64,000 bases of DNA from the IMG/VR virus record IMGVR_UViG_3300024348_000028, positions 1,844 to 65,843 of that record; one strand, given 5' to 3'. The first letter of the stretch is position 1, and every line of letters begins with the position of its first letter. The position numbers were made by a program, and so were the translations under genes. Source of the DNA: a virus (lineage: Duplodnaviria; Caudoviricetes). The notes below the pieces were generated by a model that was given only the letters and a program-made list of their open reading frames with translations, did not search any database and was not told the DNA's origin. This document shows positions 18,801 to 29,500 of this stretch, one piece after another.

Positions 18801-21800
18801 TAGTTCAACTGCTTGCATTACTCGTAGATCTCCTGTTTGAATAGCAAGATCTCTGTTTAATGTAATCAAAGCTCTCTTTGATCTTTGAACCTGATTAGCA
18901 ACGCCTTCCCAAGTTTTAAATGCGTGTGTACCAGACTTTACTAACTGGTGTGTCATTACTTTTCCGTTTTCTGCCATTGAAGAAAGCCATCGTAGTAGGT
19001 TGTTCATACTACGAAGAGTTTTGCCTTCACCAGTAGCAAATGAGGTAAGACCAGACATCCAACTTAGTGTTTTTCTAAATGCGTTTCTATTTGTCTTTTC
19101 AGATCCTCTAAACAAACTAGCAATCCAGTTAGTAGATCTAAATACTTCTGTATGCTCTGTTGCTAGGTTATTTAAGAAGTTAATTAAGATACCTTGTGTT
19201 GGTGGTAGCTTTTCTGGTTCTATATCAATTAGTACACCTAAACCTAAATCTCTTTTAGCGGATTCAATATCTACTTTTACTTTTGCTCCAGCATAAGTTT
19301 GTGCTGCATAACTACCCTTTTTCATTCTAACTTTATCAGGATAGTTTAGTGTAATGTTATCTGCACTAAATACAAAGTCATGTGGAGATGGTGGTCTAGT
19401 AAATTCTGGTAAATCTGTGCCATATCTTGCGTTATAAGACGCAATAGCTTGATCAGTCTTTGCTTTTGCAAAGTCTAGAATTTGATCCATAGTCTTTACT
19501 GAGATTTGTTCAGTTGGAGTACTTCTTGCATCTAGTTCTTTTGCAATTTCAATATCATAGTATGACCAGAAAATATTATTAATTGTTTCAAATCTAGTAC
19601 CAAACTTTTCTTGATTAATATTAGAAATTGTTGAATAGATGTTATATACTTTATCTAAGAAGTGTAAGAATTGATCTGGAATTGTTTCGATCTTCTTACC
19701 AAGATTTTCTCTTAATCCAGAAGTAATTCTATGGAAGTTAAGTAGTAGAATCTTAACAAACTTAGGATCTGTTCCAGAGTTTCTAAGTAAAGATTCTCCA
19801 GCCATCATCTGAGCATCAAACTTATCTACATCATTAAGAACAACTGTTTCAGCTTTTCCTGCTTTAATCTTTGGATCAGTAGCTGGTGTTCTACCAGTCT
19901 TTGGGTCCATATCAACAGGAAGTTTTTCTGGATTAACTACTGGCTTATCTATAATAACTTTTGGATCGTCAGCTACAGGAGGTTCTGTTGGTTTTCTTAT
20001 TACTGGTAGTCTACTAGTTGTATCAAGCGTTGTTTCTTTCTTAACTACACCTTCTTTAGTTGGAACAACAGCTACAGTTTTTTCTTTTTTCATAAAGCTA
20101 ACTAAATCAATATTTTGTTCTTTTAAAATATCAATTAGTGTTGTTTCTGGTGTTTCAGATTCTTTTACAATAGAAATTAAAATATCTTTTTCTAAACCAA
20201 AATCAGAAAATCGTTCTTCTGGTGTTGCTTCTAAAGCAGAGATAATATCTGGTTTATCTAAAACTAAAGTTAATGTTCTAGTAGTACTTTTAACCTTTGT
20301 TGTACTTACAAAAATTGGTTCAGTTTTATCTGCTGATACAGTTACTTTATCTTCTGGTAATAGTACAGAACCACCTTTAATTGAATCATCTTTAGTTTCA
20401 CCAGAAACAAACATAACAGTTTCTCCAACTTCAGTTTTAACTTCTGGCATTGCTACTGGAAGTTCAGTTGTTTGTTTTGAAACAGCGGCTTCAATATTAG
20501 TTCTAATTTTTCTAGATGCTTCTAGTTTTGCTCTAGCTTCTTCTAATGAAACAACCTTTGGTTTTTCTTCACCACTAAGAATAGCATCAGACTTTTTGGC
20601 AATTATTGCTTTTGCTGTTTCTGTAATATTTTCAGTTAAAGATGTTGGTCTTACTTCGTCATTAACAAGTTTAATTTCCCCATCAATTTGCTGTACTTGT
20701 TTTCTTAAAGCAGCCTTAGCATTCATTACTTGTTTATCAGTAATTCCAAGTAGTTTTGCAATACCCTTATCAGTTATTTCTGGATTATTTTGTTTAGCAA
20801 TTAGATACTTAGAAACTATATCCTTTACACTTGGAGATAGTGTTGTTTGTGTAACAATAGAAAGAACATTTTCTGCTTGTTCTTTAGAAATTGGTTTACT
20901 ACTTTCAACCGCTATTCTTGCATCAGGAATATCAATCTCTTTTCCATCTTCTCTAACAAGACCATAAGAAACTTTTTGTGCTTTGCGCTTTTGTTTTACC
21001 GCAGCTTCTTTTGCTACATTATTAGCAAAACCAAAAGCATAATTAAACTTTTCTTTTTCTGTAGTCATCTGAGACAAGGCAGCATTAACCTTATCTCTAT
21101 TCATAAGAATTTTTTCAATGACTTTTTGTACTAGGTCTTCTACAGATTCTGTTTTAATACCACTCCAGTTATCTTTTAAATACTTTCTAATACTAGCACC
21201 AAGTTTTGTTTTTGCTGTTACTTTTAGACCGGATACTCCAGCTTCTCTTTCTTTTTTAGTAGATACTGTTTTAGTTACAACCTCTCCAATCATAGTTACA
21301 AAGGTATCAGCATCTTTAATTTGACCGATGTCTTCTGTTATGTATGTATCAGGAATTTTAACTTCTTCTTGTTTTTCTGGAATCTTTGCCATAAGTTTTT
21401 CACGAAGAGCGTTAAACTTTGTTTCTTGATTAGCAACAAGCTTAGGGTTTCCTTCTCTAACTATAACTGTACCGCGAGAAACAATCTTTCCATCTTTACG
21501 AACAACTGGAGCAATAGTTTTTACTATATATGGTTCTTCGCTTGCTTGACCTTCAACATATGGTTCAAACATAAGTACTTCAACTTCACTTTGTCCATCA
21601 AGATAAGGTTTACCAGTTAAGTCATCAATATATTCTCCTTCTTTAAGAGAAGCCTTAACTTGTTCCATTTGTGACTTAAATTTTTTTGGTTTCTCTGGTA
21701 CTTCTACAACCTTTTCAACTAGCTTTCTTTCTTTCTTAATCTTCTTTTTCTTTTCATCAACAAGAAGACCAGATAGTGCTTTAGCAAATCCATCAATATC

Positions 21801-24800
21801 TGGATTTTCTTTTGCTGCGTTTAATAGCTGTGCTTCAAATGCTTTATCTGTTTCAAGACGCTGGAAAACTGGTTGTAGGCTAAATACCTTACCTACTTCT
21901 GTGTCTTTCATGTAAGTTTCTAGTAAATACTTAATAATACTATTTTCGGTAGTTGTGTCTAATAAAGCATTTATAAGAGTATCAAAATCTTTAATACCAT
22001 GTGGTTGGTTTGGGTTTCTAGATAATTTGGTTACTATTATATTATCATTAAATACAAATTCTCTTGCAAATCTTTCTTCAATACCGGATAGAATTAAGTT
22101 TTCTGTGCTTTGATATAACTTGTGATCAATAGTAATTCCAGTATACTCTGCAATATTATTTAATACATCCTCAAAGAAAGTAAACTGAGTTAGGTATTGT
22201 CCAGCTATAGTTTGTGTTGTTTCGTATGCTTTATCTACAAAGAAACTACCAATTTTATTTTGTAAAACTTCAGTAGCTTCTTTATCGTTTTTAATTCGTT
22301 TTAAAAAGTCTACAATACTATTAACATTCCTATACATTTCAGCCATAGTAATGTTTTCTTCAAACAAAGATGGTAAAACAAAGGCAATAGATTTTGCTTT
22401 ATATCTATCTGAAAGATCGGATAATTCTATAAAGTTTTTTATAAAGTCTGATGTGTCGTTTGTAGTGAGTTTTTCTCCTGTTGGAACAAACATTTTATAG
22501 TAATTTGCTTGTAATAGTTCTTGTACTTTATCTGGAATTAACCAATAAGATAATGCTAGTAAGTTTGTATAATAATCATCTTTATATGTAATAACATCTT
22601 TTATTAAATCTTTAATATCAGAGTCTACAAAATTACTTAAGCTTTCTACCTGTTCTCTACTTAATGTACCATCGTATAATCTTGTTAATAACTTTCGTTG
22701 TACTTCTCTTACACTAGTAGCATCTAAAGTTGTTTCTGCAATTATATCAGCAAGTAATTTAGATGGTTTATCAACCGATGCTTTTTCCATTAAAGTTTCA
22801 AAAATAGAATCTATATAACTAGTGTAAGAAATACCATCAAAAGTTTTTCCAAGATTTTGTGCTAATCTTGTTTGAACTTGGAATGAGTGTAATCCTAAAG
22901 AAGCTGCATTAGTAACAGTTCTATAATCAATTTCATCAGCTGTTTCAATTAAACCATTAATAATATTATCTAGATCATTAAATTCTGATTTTCTTATAAT
23001 ATTAGATAGTTTACCCCATACATCTTTAATAAACTTAAAGAATGGACTCATTACTCTTGTAAGTAAGCTTTGGTTTTCTAGTTTAGAAATAGCCTCAACT
23101 GATTTAGAGTATACAAGGCTTTCAAACATATTAGCAAAAAATTCTGCTACATTTCCAAAAGAATAAACAAAATTACCGTTTAAATTTCCCTTTTCAAATA
23201 CTGCGTTATCAAGATCAGTAAAGAATCTTACTAAATCAAAATCTACATAATCTGAGTATGCTTTATATAATTCTATTTGTTGATCAATATCTAATACGAA
23301 TGAGTAGATATGACCCAATTCGTGTAAAGCAACTTTAGTTATTAGATGTGCTGTTTGGTTTGGTGTTAAAGAACCAGCTTCAGCTCCTTTTAATATTTCA
23401 TTAACAAATACAGAAAAACCAAATTTAACTTCTCTTACACCAGCATCCTGTAGTGCTTCACCATAGACACCACTTTCACCAATTCTTTCTAAATAAGTTA
23501 CTAGTTTAGTTGGATTTAGTTTTAGATTAGCAATAGCAGAAGCAATTAACTTTACTGTTTTTTCTTTAAGTTCTTTTGCAGCTTTAATATCAGTATGTGG
23601 GAAACTATTATCAAAATATTTTTGTAATACTTTTTCAAAATAATTTATAAGCTTTTCATGTTCTGGTGAAATTTTCTTAGCAAAAGAAATATCTGTAAAT
23701 GCTTTTTGTGCTTTCTTTGTTTGAGCAGCATTTAATGATCTTGGTTTAGTCTTTCGATTAGCAAGAATAGCATTTTCTTTTTGCTTTAGTTTTCTAACTA
23801 ATGGAGAATCTGTGTCTTTAACCTTTAGTGTTTCAGTTGGTTTTTCTTTACCAAAAAGATATTCACTTAATGCTTTTCTAAACTTTCTATTAAGATTCTT
23901 TTCTTCGTTAATACGACGATCAAAATCTTCTCTTGAAACATCTTTATATTTTTCAGCTAGTTCTAAGAATTGAGTTTTCTTTTCATTGCTTAAAGTAGAG
24001 AAGCCTTTGTTTTCTTTTCCAATTAGATCTCGTTCTAGTTTTTGTAAATCAGCAATGTGTCGATTTAAGTTTATTTCTTGATCTGTAAACCAAGTAGAGT
24101 CTTTGGCTGTTCTTCCACTTTCTTTTAATTGCTTAAGAACATCTAAAGATCTTGTTGCAAGTTCTTTTATTTTTCTAATCTTCAAATAAGGTTTTGGTTC
24201 AGCTTGAATAGTTTTAATATCTTCAGCTGTTGCTACAACTCTTAACCAATCCTTTTCATCTTTTATTTGATTAGCATCAATAGATCTCTTACCGTAATCT
24301 AAAGTACTTTCTCCAGTAACCTTATTAAAGATTGGAGACTCTGGAGCAGAACCCAGCTTACCTGCTCTACCGTCTTCTTTAATTGTAGCAGAGTCAGCTG
24401 CTTTTTCAGCATCGCTAGCAATTCGTTCTAGTCTAGTAGGAGCTTCCCCAGTAACTGGAGGTAATCCTTCTACCTCAACAGCTCTAATCTTAGCTTCATC
24501 TAAACTTAGTTTTGGTATTTCATAGATACCATCTTCTCTTCTAATATATACATTTTCAATAGTGTTTTGTTTTGCTGTTTCATCTATCTTTCTAATTTCG
24601 TCTTCTCTAAACTTATACTTAGTACCTTCAATATCAAGGTCTATTGTTCTAACGCCTTCTACTGCTGGTACGGCTGTAATTGGATCTACTTTAGTTTCTT
24701 CAACAGCTAATGTAGCAGTTTCAATGATAGCATCTTTTGTAAGTGGGGTTGGGCTGGTAACAACAGCATCAGTTCCTTCTGGTGTTTCTAAACGAGCAAC

Positions 24801-26486
24801 GCCAGTTTCATCTGTTTTCTTAAATAGTTTATTCTTTAATTTACCAAGTCCCTGAGTTGCGCCGTATAAACTTGTTCCAAATAGGAAACCTACAGTACCA
24901 GCAATAGCTAATTCTTTTTTAGAATACTCAAATTCATGGTCTGTTTGAAGACCAGTCATTGACATAGCTATTCTTGTTGTTTGGTCCTTTGCGCTTGCAA
25001 TTGTATTTAATACAGCACCGGAACCACCGATATAACTAAGTCTTTTTAAATGACCCATCTTTTGCATAAAGCTTGGTAGTTCACCTGTTGCAAAGGCGGT
25101 ACTAATACTAAGTCCCTTTTGTATAGTCTGTAATGATTTTTGTAATCTAATTGCTTTATTAGTATAACCAGCTGCCTTTAGTGCTGCAAGTCCACCCTTT
25201 GCTGCTGTTCCAAAACCAGCAGTAGCTACTGTGGCTGCAATACCAATTCCAAGGTCTGGATCGTTAATTGCTGTAGTAAAGAAATCGGCAGCAAAACCAA
25301 TAACATCACCAGCAAAGTTATCAAATAATATACTATCTTTTTGGTATGCTTCTACTTTTTCTTTAAGAGTTGATTTAAATACCTTATCCTGTAATATAAA
25401 TAAAGCATGATCCTTATTGTTTGTTCCAATAAAATCAATACCATCAACACCCTTTTTTGATAAAGTTTCTTTTACTTCTTTTGGTAGATTAAGTTGATTA
25501 AACCACTTTGCTCCATCAAAGTTTGGATCTTTTTTATCAATAAGCGTTTTAAGATCGTCCGCAATTGATCCAACTCCCTGTTCAAAAATATCAAAGCCGC
25601 TGTTATATTTTGCTAAAGATAATTGAATTGCTGATTGTTTAGCATATTCATCGTCTAAGTTATTTTTATATAGTGGGTTGTCAAATGCGGTATCAACCAA
25701 AGCACCAACAAGAGCGTTACCAGATAGATAACCACCTTCAGCTTGTGTAGATAACATCCATCTACTAATTGAACCAGCATCTATAAATGCTTTGTTTCTT
25801 TCCTTAAACTGCTCTAGTGTCATTGGTTCTGGTACTACATGTGATGGAATTTCTTTACCATCATACTTAATATCTACACCACCACTAGATGACCATGCTA
25901 GCTTGCCTTCTGCTGTTTTTGGAACACCTTCTTCATAGTAAGCAACTGGTTCATTATCATTACCAAGATTTACTTTAACAGCTTGCTTTGCTGCTTTAAT
26001 TTGATTTAAATAATCATTATAATCCTTTTCAACCTGATCCATGTTTTCAATTAATGGATTTTGAATCTTGAAATAAGGACCACTCCAATAGCCTCTCTTT
26101 GCTCTCTCTAAAGCAAATCTATCTACATCTCTGCCCAAGAAACCAGAACCAGCTCCTCCAGTTAATAAATAGTTTGCTTTTCTAAATTCCCAAAAATCAT
26201 CATTGTTTGGTTTTTTAGTTGACCAATTTTCCTTTGAACTAATAGCCTGTAGATTAGTATCAGGCATTACACCATAACGCTCTGCTTCAGCTCCTTCTAG
26301 TGTATTAAAAGTAAATGGGGCTGTTAAGGTTTGCCAGTTATTAAAGAAAGATCTACCAAACATTACTGGAGCAGTTGCTGTAAAGTAAAGTTCTGGTAGT
26401 TCTTGTTCTGGTTTATAGTTAACACTTGGACCTAGTTGAAAATTAAAATTATTTAAACCATCAATGTTGATTTTTTCTGTACTCAT
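15858..26486 (-). CDS. giant (3542 aa) internal virion/ejectosome-like polyvalent protein with zincin HExxH and ECF sigma-like domain
   Basis: last and largest of the internal-virion-like cluster; hydrophobic Gly/Ala segments near both ends; HELGH...EFFA; EDLVQKV...IAKLLGIT. Confidence 0.75.
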   Translation of the reverse strand: MSTEKINIDGLNNFNFQLGPSVNYKPEQELPELYFTATAPVMFGRSFFNNWQTLTAPFTFNTLEGAEAERYGVMPDTNLQAISSKENWSTKKPNNDDFWEFRKANYLLTGGAGSGFLGRDVDRFALERAKRGYWSGPYFKIQNPLIENMDQVEKDYNDYLNQIKAAKQAVKVNLGNDNEPVAYYEEGVPKTAEGKLAWSSSGGVDIKYDGKEIPSHVVPEPMTLEQFKERNKAFIDAGSISRWMLSTQAEGGYLSGNALVGALVDTAFDNPLYKNNLDDEYAKQSAIQLSLAKYNSGFDIFEQGVGSIADDLKTLIDKKDPNFDGAKWFNQLNLPKEVKETLSKKGVDGIDFIGTNNKDHALFILQDKVFKSTLKEKVEAYQKDSILFDNFAGDVIGFAADFFTTAINDPDLGIGIAATVATAGFGTAAKGGLAALKAAGYTNKAIRLQKSLQTIQKGLSISTAFATGELPSFMQKMGHLKRLSYIGGSGAVLNTIASAKDQTTRIAMSMTGLQTDHEFEYSKKELAIAGTVGFLFGTSLYGATQGLGKLKNKLFKKTDETGVARLETPEGTDAVVTSPTPLTKDAIIETATLAVEETKVDPITAVPAVEGVRTIDLDIEGTKYKFREDEIRKIDETAKQNTIENVYIRREDGIYEIPKLSLDEAKIRAVEVEGLPPVTGEAPTRLERIASDAEKAADSATIKEDGRAGKLGSAPESPIFNKVTGESTLDYGKRSIDANQIKDEKDWLRVVATAEDIKTIQAEPKPYLKIRKIKELATRSLDVLKQLKESGRTAKDSTWFTDQEINLNRHIADLQKLERDLIGKENKGFSTLSNEKKTQFLELAEKYKDVSREDFDRRINEEKNLNRKFRKALSEYLFGKEKPTETLKVKDTDSPLVRKLKQKENAILANRKTKPRSLNAAQTKKAQKAFTDISFAKKISPEHEKLINYFEKVLQKYFDNSFPHTDIKAAKELKEKTVKLIASAIANLKLNPTKLVTYLERIGESGVYGEALQDAGVREVKFGFSVFVNEILKGAEAGSLTPNQTAHLITKVALHELGHIYSFVLDIDQQIELYKAYSDYVDFDLVRFFTDLDNAVFEKGNLNGNFVYSFGNVAEFFANMFESLVYSKSVEAISKLENQSLLTRVMSPFFKFIKDVWGKLSNIIRKSEFNDLDNIINGLIETADEIDYRTVTNAASLGLHSFQVQTRLAQNLGKTFDGISYTSYIDSIFETLMEKASVDKPSKLLADIIAETTLDATSVREVQRKLLTRLYDGTLSREQVESLSNFVDSDIKDLIKDVITYKDDYYTNLLALSYWLIPDKVQELLQANYYKMFVPTGEKLTTNDTSDFIKNFIELSDLSDRYKAKSIAFVLPSLFEENITMAEMYRNVNSIVDFLKRIKNDKEATEVLQNKIGSFFVDKAYETTQTIAGQYLTQFTFFEDVLNNIAEYTGITIDHKLYQSTENLILSGIEERFAREFVFNDNIIVTKLSRNPNQPHGIKDFDTLINALLDTTTENSIIKYLLETYMKDTEVGKVFSLQPVFQRLETDKAFEAQLLNAAKENPDIDGFAKALSGLLVDEKKKKIKKERKLVEKVVEVPEKPKKFKSQMEQVKASLKEGEYIDDLTGKPYLDGQSEVEVLMFEPYVEGQASEEPYIVKTIAPVVRKDGKIVSRGTVIVREGNPKLVANQETKFNALREKLMAKIPEKQEEVKIPDTYITEDIGQIKDADTFVTMIGEVVTKTVSTKKEREAGVSGLKVTAKTKLGASIRKYLKDNWSGIKTESVEDLVQKVIEKILMNRDKVNAALSQMTTEKEKFNYAFGFANNVAKEAAVKQKRKAQKVSYGLVREDGKEIDIPDARIAVESSKPISKEQAENVLSIVTQTTLSPSVKDIVSKYLIAKQNNPEITDKGIAKLLGITDKQVMNAKAALRKQVQQIDGEIKLVNDEVRPTSLTENITETAKAIIAKKSDAILSGEEKPKVVSLEEARAKLEASRKIRTNIEAAVSKQTTELPVAMPEVKTEVGETVMFVSGETKDDSIKGGSVLLPEDKVTVSADKTEPIFVSTTKVKSTTRTLTLVLDKPDIISALEATPEERFSDFGLEKDILISIVKESETPETTLIDILKEQNIDLVSFMKKEKTVAVVPTKEGVVKKETTLDTTSRLPVIRKPTEPPVADDPKVIIDKPVVNPEKLPVDMDPKTGRTPATDPKIKAGKAETVVLNDVDKFDAQMMAGESLLRNSGTDPKFVKILLLNFHRITSGLRENLGKKIETIPDQFLHFLDKVYNIYSTISNINQEKFGTRFETINNIFWSYYDIEIAKELDARSTPTEQISVKTMDQILDFAKAKTDQAIASYNARYGTDLPEFTRPPSPHDFVFSADNITLNYPDKVRMKKGSYAAQTYAGAKVKVDIESAKRDLGLGVLIDIEPEKLPPTQGILINFLNNLATEHTEVFRSTNWIASLFRGSEKTNRNAFRKTLSWMSGLTSFATGEGKTLRSMNNLLRWLSSMAENGKVMTHQLVKSGTHAFKTWEGVANQVQRSKRALITLNRDLAIQTGDLRVMQAVELEIVKSLVSTKRPLQRADIQTAVLAINSSAQPAYIDAVFTSAKNLRDETIRRNKFILDLENSTEWISIKDDAGNPVPAENYFALTFDRDKVTKNDRTQIVDEMVRVRKDTIRNDETLDRSIMLAMGWLWDTESNPLTSRGKEGRDQLHIGETGFDADTLSRLEAKAGNRRYAPGTDLKKIPEIRREADTKFFSYEDPATGQIVICAIPEKVDDLSPRDLARYMETVDGVTTHIADQWKANFGNTKPVLQVMMEELLAFKLREGNYHRYIQKPEMGDNAFLQLFGKGGDNQGFAVKNLDWKEVFNSPLIKDIIRTNPLAAYDNLINHRGFELLVQAELDRMLGVKGVRIYELFDAASKLLMRMAGSNESLQKDLQGGMKRLAEDYAEYAGRNPRIMSAYGETGEQLSRSAGGILRATSGQGWGLRSTAESFINVITALPEVGIKETINNAFGVFKMFLDRRPSEALKQQAFLTVHGIRSYLSEIEDRYLQTNSVSGVPSLNDSWWKRLTKTREDSNKLTAALETIGNLGVEVGSVKYITGISKHFALGRFTQRNAKYIVSGAALRLLALMENPANKAELERLQALSITSEKADRQLAALQKKLAREAGFGGNWDHALTFMRFRLLDADKLKALKYIMEQTGTNKNGVFNLTALQAKVDAYMTGPIGPIPKEVLDEAFSDFVYALETQISTDGLISESRGLNKDISITSKTGIGRFIRSLLQWSQSFKSGVLENLQLKKPTVVLAEIVILYSALTYMSELIIDWLNGRDVKDIKEELKDPSTSVFRMASTLPVFGSLSGLFSGTLATFSELTGGTYKGFSNPVSPPAFSVLNAYVSKAMGSGKELLAKGGEMSKEEMIAKFGDIIPYNITFNKSPVAVPARLLQELEVIDENNSLNKYLKLIQKGKNKYINKPENVASNHNIVPVQSREIENKLKDNRARYLEETNKFLQDRKNSIQRPITYTNNKGVSTDLANLLKDMSNNQ

Positions 26487-26527
26487 ATGTTACCTTTCTG
26501 GGAACTTGTGTGCCATGAATAAGTATA

Positions 26528-29500
26528 TTATTTAGACCAAAGATCAGCTTCAGCTTTTCTTCGTCTTGCTAAACCTTTTGATTTTTTACCACCAGTCTTA
26601 TTATAAAGTAATAATGCTGTTGGTACATCTTTAAAATTATCTACTGAAGATACGGCTTTAGTTAATGTTTCAAAACCTTTACGACCATAGAAATTTTGAC
26701 CGTTCTTCATATTATAAGCAAATGAAATTAATGCTGCTTGTTGATTAGGATTCATTTCATTCCAAGTTGGAATTGTCTCAGACAATCTAGGAATAATCTT
26801 AGTATCTACAAAATCTTGCATTAGATTATCTGCTTCTTCTTTAGAAATTTTATCTCCCTTTTTAACTGGAGTTCCATTTCTATAAGTAGTTGTGCCTTTA
26901 CCTATTGTCCATACTTTTCCGGTATCATCCCAATAAGCTTCTGTCTTCATTCCTTCAAACTCAGAGATTAAATTAATATATGGTTTTTCACCAACAGAAC
27001 CGGGAGATGTTTCTTTCTGTGTTTTTTCTCCAGTAAAGAAATCTCTAATCATTCCAATTGCTCCACCATACTTGAAATTAGGATCACTAGTAAATGTTTG
27101 TTCTTTTACTACTGGTACTTTTTCCCAAGATAGTGTATCATAGTTCCATTCCATCTTTGTTTGTGGAGTGGTTTCTTGTTTTTTTATCTCTGCTTGTTCA
27201 ATAGCCTGTGCCATTAACTTGGTTGGTGTAATTGTAATTCTATCTTGAATACCTTTTAAGATATCGTTATTACTAGAATCTATTGGTGGTAAATTTGGAA
27301 CGTTTGTTTGTGCGTTATTTAAAAACTGTTTTGTAGATAGAGTTACATCTGCTAAAGTAACAATAAATTGTTTTCCTTTTGCTTTTTCAAATAACGCAGC
27401 AGATGTTTCATCTGTTAATAGGGCTGAATATAATTCAACAGCTTGTTGCTGATTTAACCCCATATTTTGTTGTGCGTTCTTGACCAAGAAAGGCATCTCG
27501 GATTGTAATGCCATTCTAAATTCTGCAATTGTATCCATACTAGAATCTTGACCAACAAAAATAGAATCTTTACTAGTATTTCTATTTGGTGTTTTTAATA
27601 AACTATCTTTAATTTCACCAACTAATTCATCTTTAGTTTTTGGTGCAACAAAGTAATCAATCTGATTCTGTACAGTTTTTGGACTAGTTGTTAGTTTAAT
27701 CTGATTTGGGTTTGTTCCACTTTGTAGACTATTTGCCCATACATTAAAATCAGAAGCAGGACCATAAATATCTATTGCTCCGCTTTCGTCTTTAATATCA
27801 GAAAAGAATGACATAGACTGTCCATTTACTGGGTTAATAAATGAACGCCCATTTTTCATTTCAATTGGTATTACTGTTGAGTCTGTTAATAGCTCTCCTA
27901 CTCCATCTTTATTATATAGTGGAATGCTTGTTAAAACCATATCTACTCTGGCTTCACCCATAGTTTTATTTCTATAGGCTCCTTTTGATTCAGATAGGTT
28001 TGGAGTCCAGCCCCATTGATCTGCTGTTGGAATTGCTTCCATAGCGGCATAAAAAGATCTTTGAATTTCTTCTTCGGTTTGTGGTCTTACTCCACCATTA
28101 AACTTAGTCAATACTTGGTCGCTAGATGCAAAAGCAAGCTTATAAATAGTTGCCTTATTTGGACCAGCGTCATAAGTTTGACCAGTACTTGGATTAGTTC
28201 TTTCAATACGAATTGTAGACACTAATCGCTGTAGTTTGTCTACTGGGAATAAGGTTCTTTGTTGAAAAAATGATTCGTCAATACTACTAGCAATAACTCC
28301 TGTATAGCCACTAACATCACCTTCTAAATTAGTCATTGCTAGTTGAGAAGCATAACCAAGTTTCAATTCCCCAGTTGAGCCATCATTTAAAGATTCTTTT
28401 ATTGACTTTGGTAATAGTTGGTTTTGTTTTAATTGCTGTAAAGTTCTTTTTGTTGGCTCTGGTCTAAAAATAGAATTTGGAGATACTAAGCCAGTACGAG
28501 TAAATCTTGGATTATTGTTTGCATCTACACCTTTGATTGTATAGGTAGATGGTGTTAATAAAGAAGATACAATAATATTTTGAGATACTTTTTCTCGCTC
28601 ATCCTTGTTTAACTCTTGGTCTGGTGTAATATAAAAAGATAAACCAGACATATAGGCTTCTCTAATATCTCTATTTTCTCTTAGAGTTTGGTTTAAATTA
28701 TCTTGTGTAATATTTAATCCAGATGTTTTTAATTGATCAATAAAGAAGGATGAATATGAGTTTTCTAATGAAGTATACTTACTACCAATACCACTAACAC
28801 CAGCCTGTTGACTTAATGATGTTCGTGTTGACATTGCTTTTGTTAGTGCACCCATTGTTTCTAGGTTTGTTTTACTAACAAGTTGTAATACTTCACCACT
28901 TGATTTATTTGTATTTCTTGAAAGATATCTAATAATTCTAAGTCTATTCATTCCCTCTTCAGAAATATTACTATCTTGAGTTTGCATATACTCAAAAGAT
29001 TCGTCACTAATTTGTGGAGCAATGTGATAAAACATATCAAATGTTTTTGGATTTTCTGTTCCTAAAGAAGGAGCTGAAGCTAGAGCAGTAGCAAGTCTTT
29101 TAAATTGATCTGGTACTTGAATACCTGCTTGCGGGTAATATTCTTGAACATATTGTGCATATTGTTGTTTTCTAATATCTTCAGGAAGTTCCATAAATCT
29201 ATTATTATCAACTAATGTAATTCCAGTATTTGGGTCTTGCTGAATAATTAAACTTTTATCTTGAAGTAAATCTGCTTGTTCTTTTGGCAATAGGATTTGT
29301 TTTAATCCCGGTTCATTTTGATCTACTACTTGATTGTATTTCTTTTGTGCATCTGTTGGTTGAATTTTACCAAGCTTGCCGTTATTAAAAGCATTTGCTA
29401 GATTCATTTGTTCATTCATAGTTAGCAAAGCATCTCTTTGAACTCTTTCTCCTGCTTCTGCTAATGACTTATAACCTCTTCTGGCGTTATCAATTACATC

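Noticed and set aside
16627-24855. Plus-strand ORFs opposite the giant gene (and similar antisense ORFs elsewhere)
   Set aside because: Shadow frames of minus-strand genes, without RBS or motifs
15858-26486. N4-like virion RNA polymerase as identity of the 3542-aa protein
   Set aside because: Size is similar, but I could not find DxxGR, motif A/B/C or DxDGD polymerase signatures
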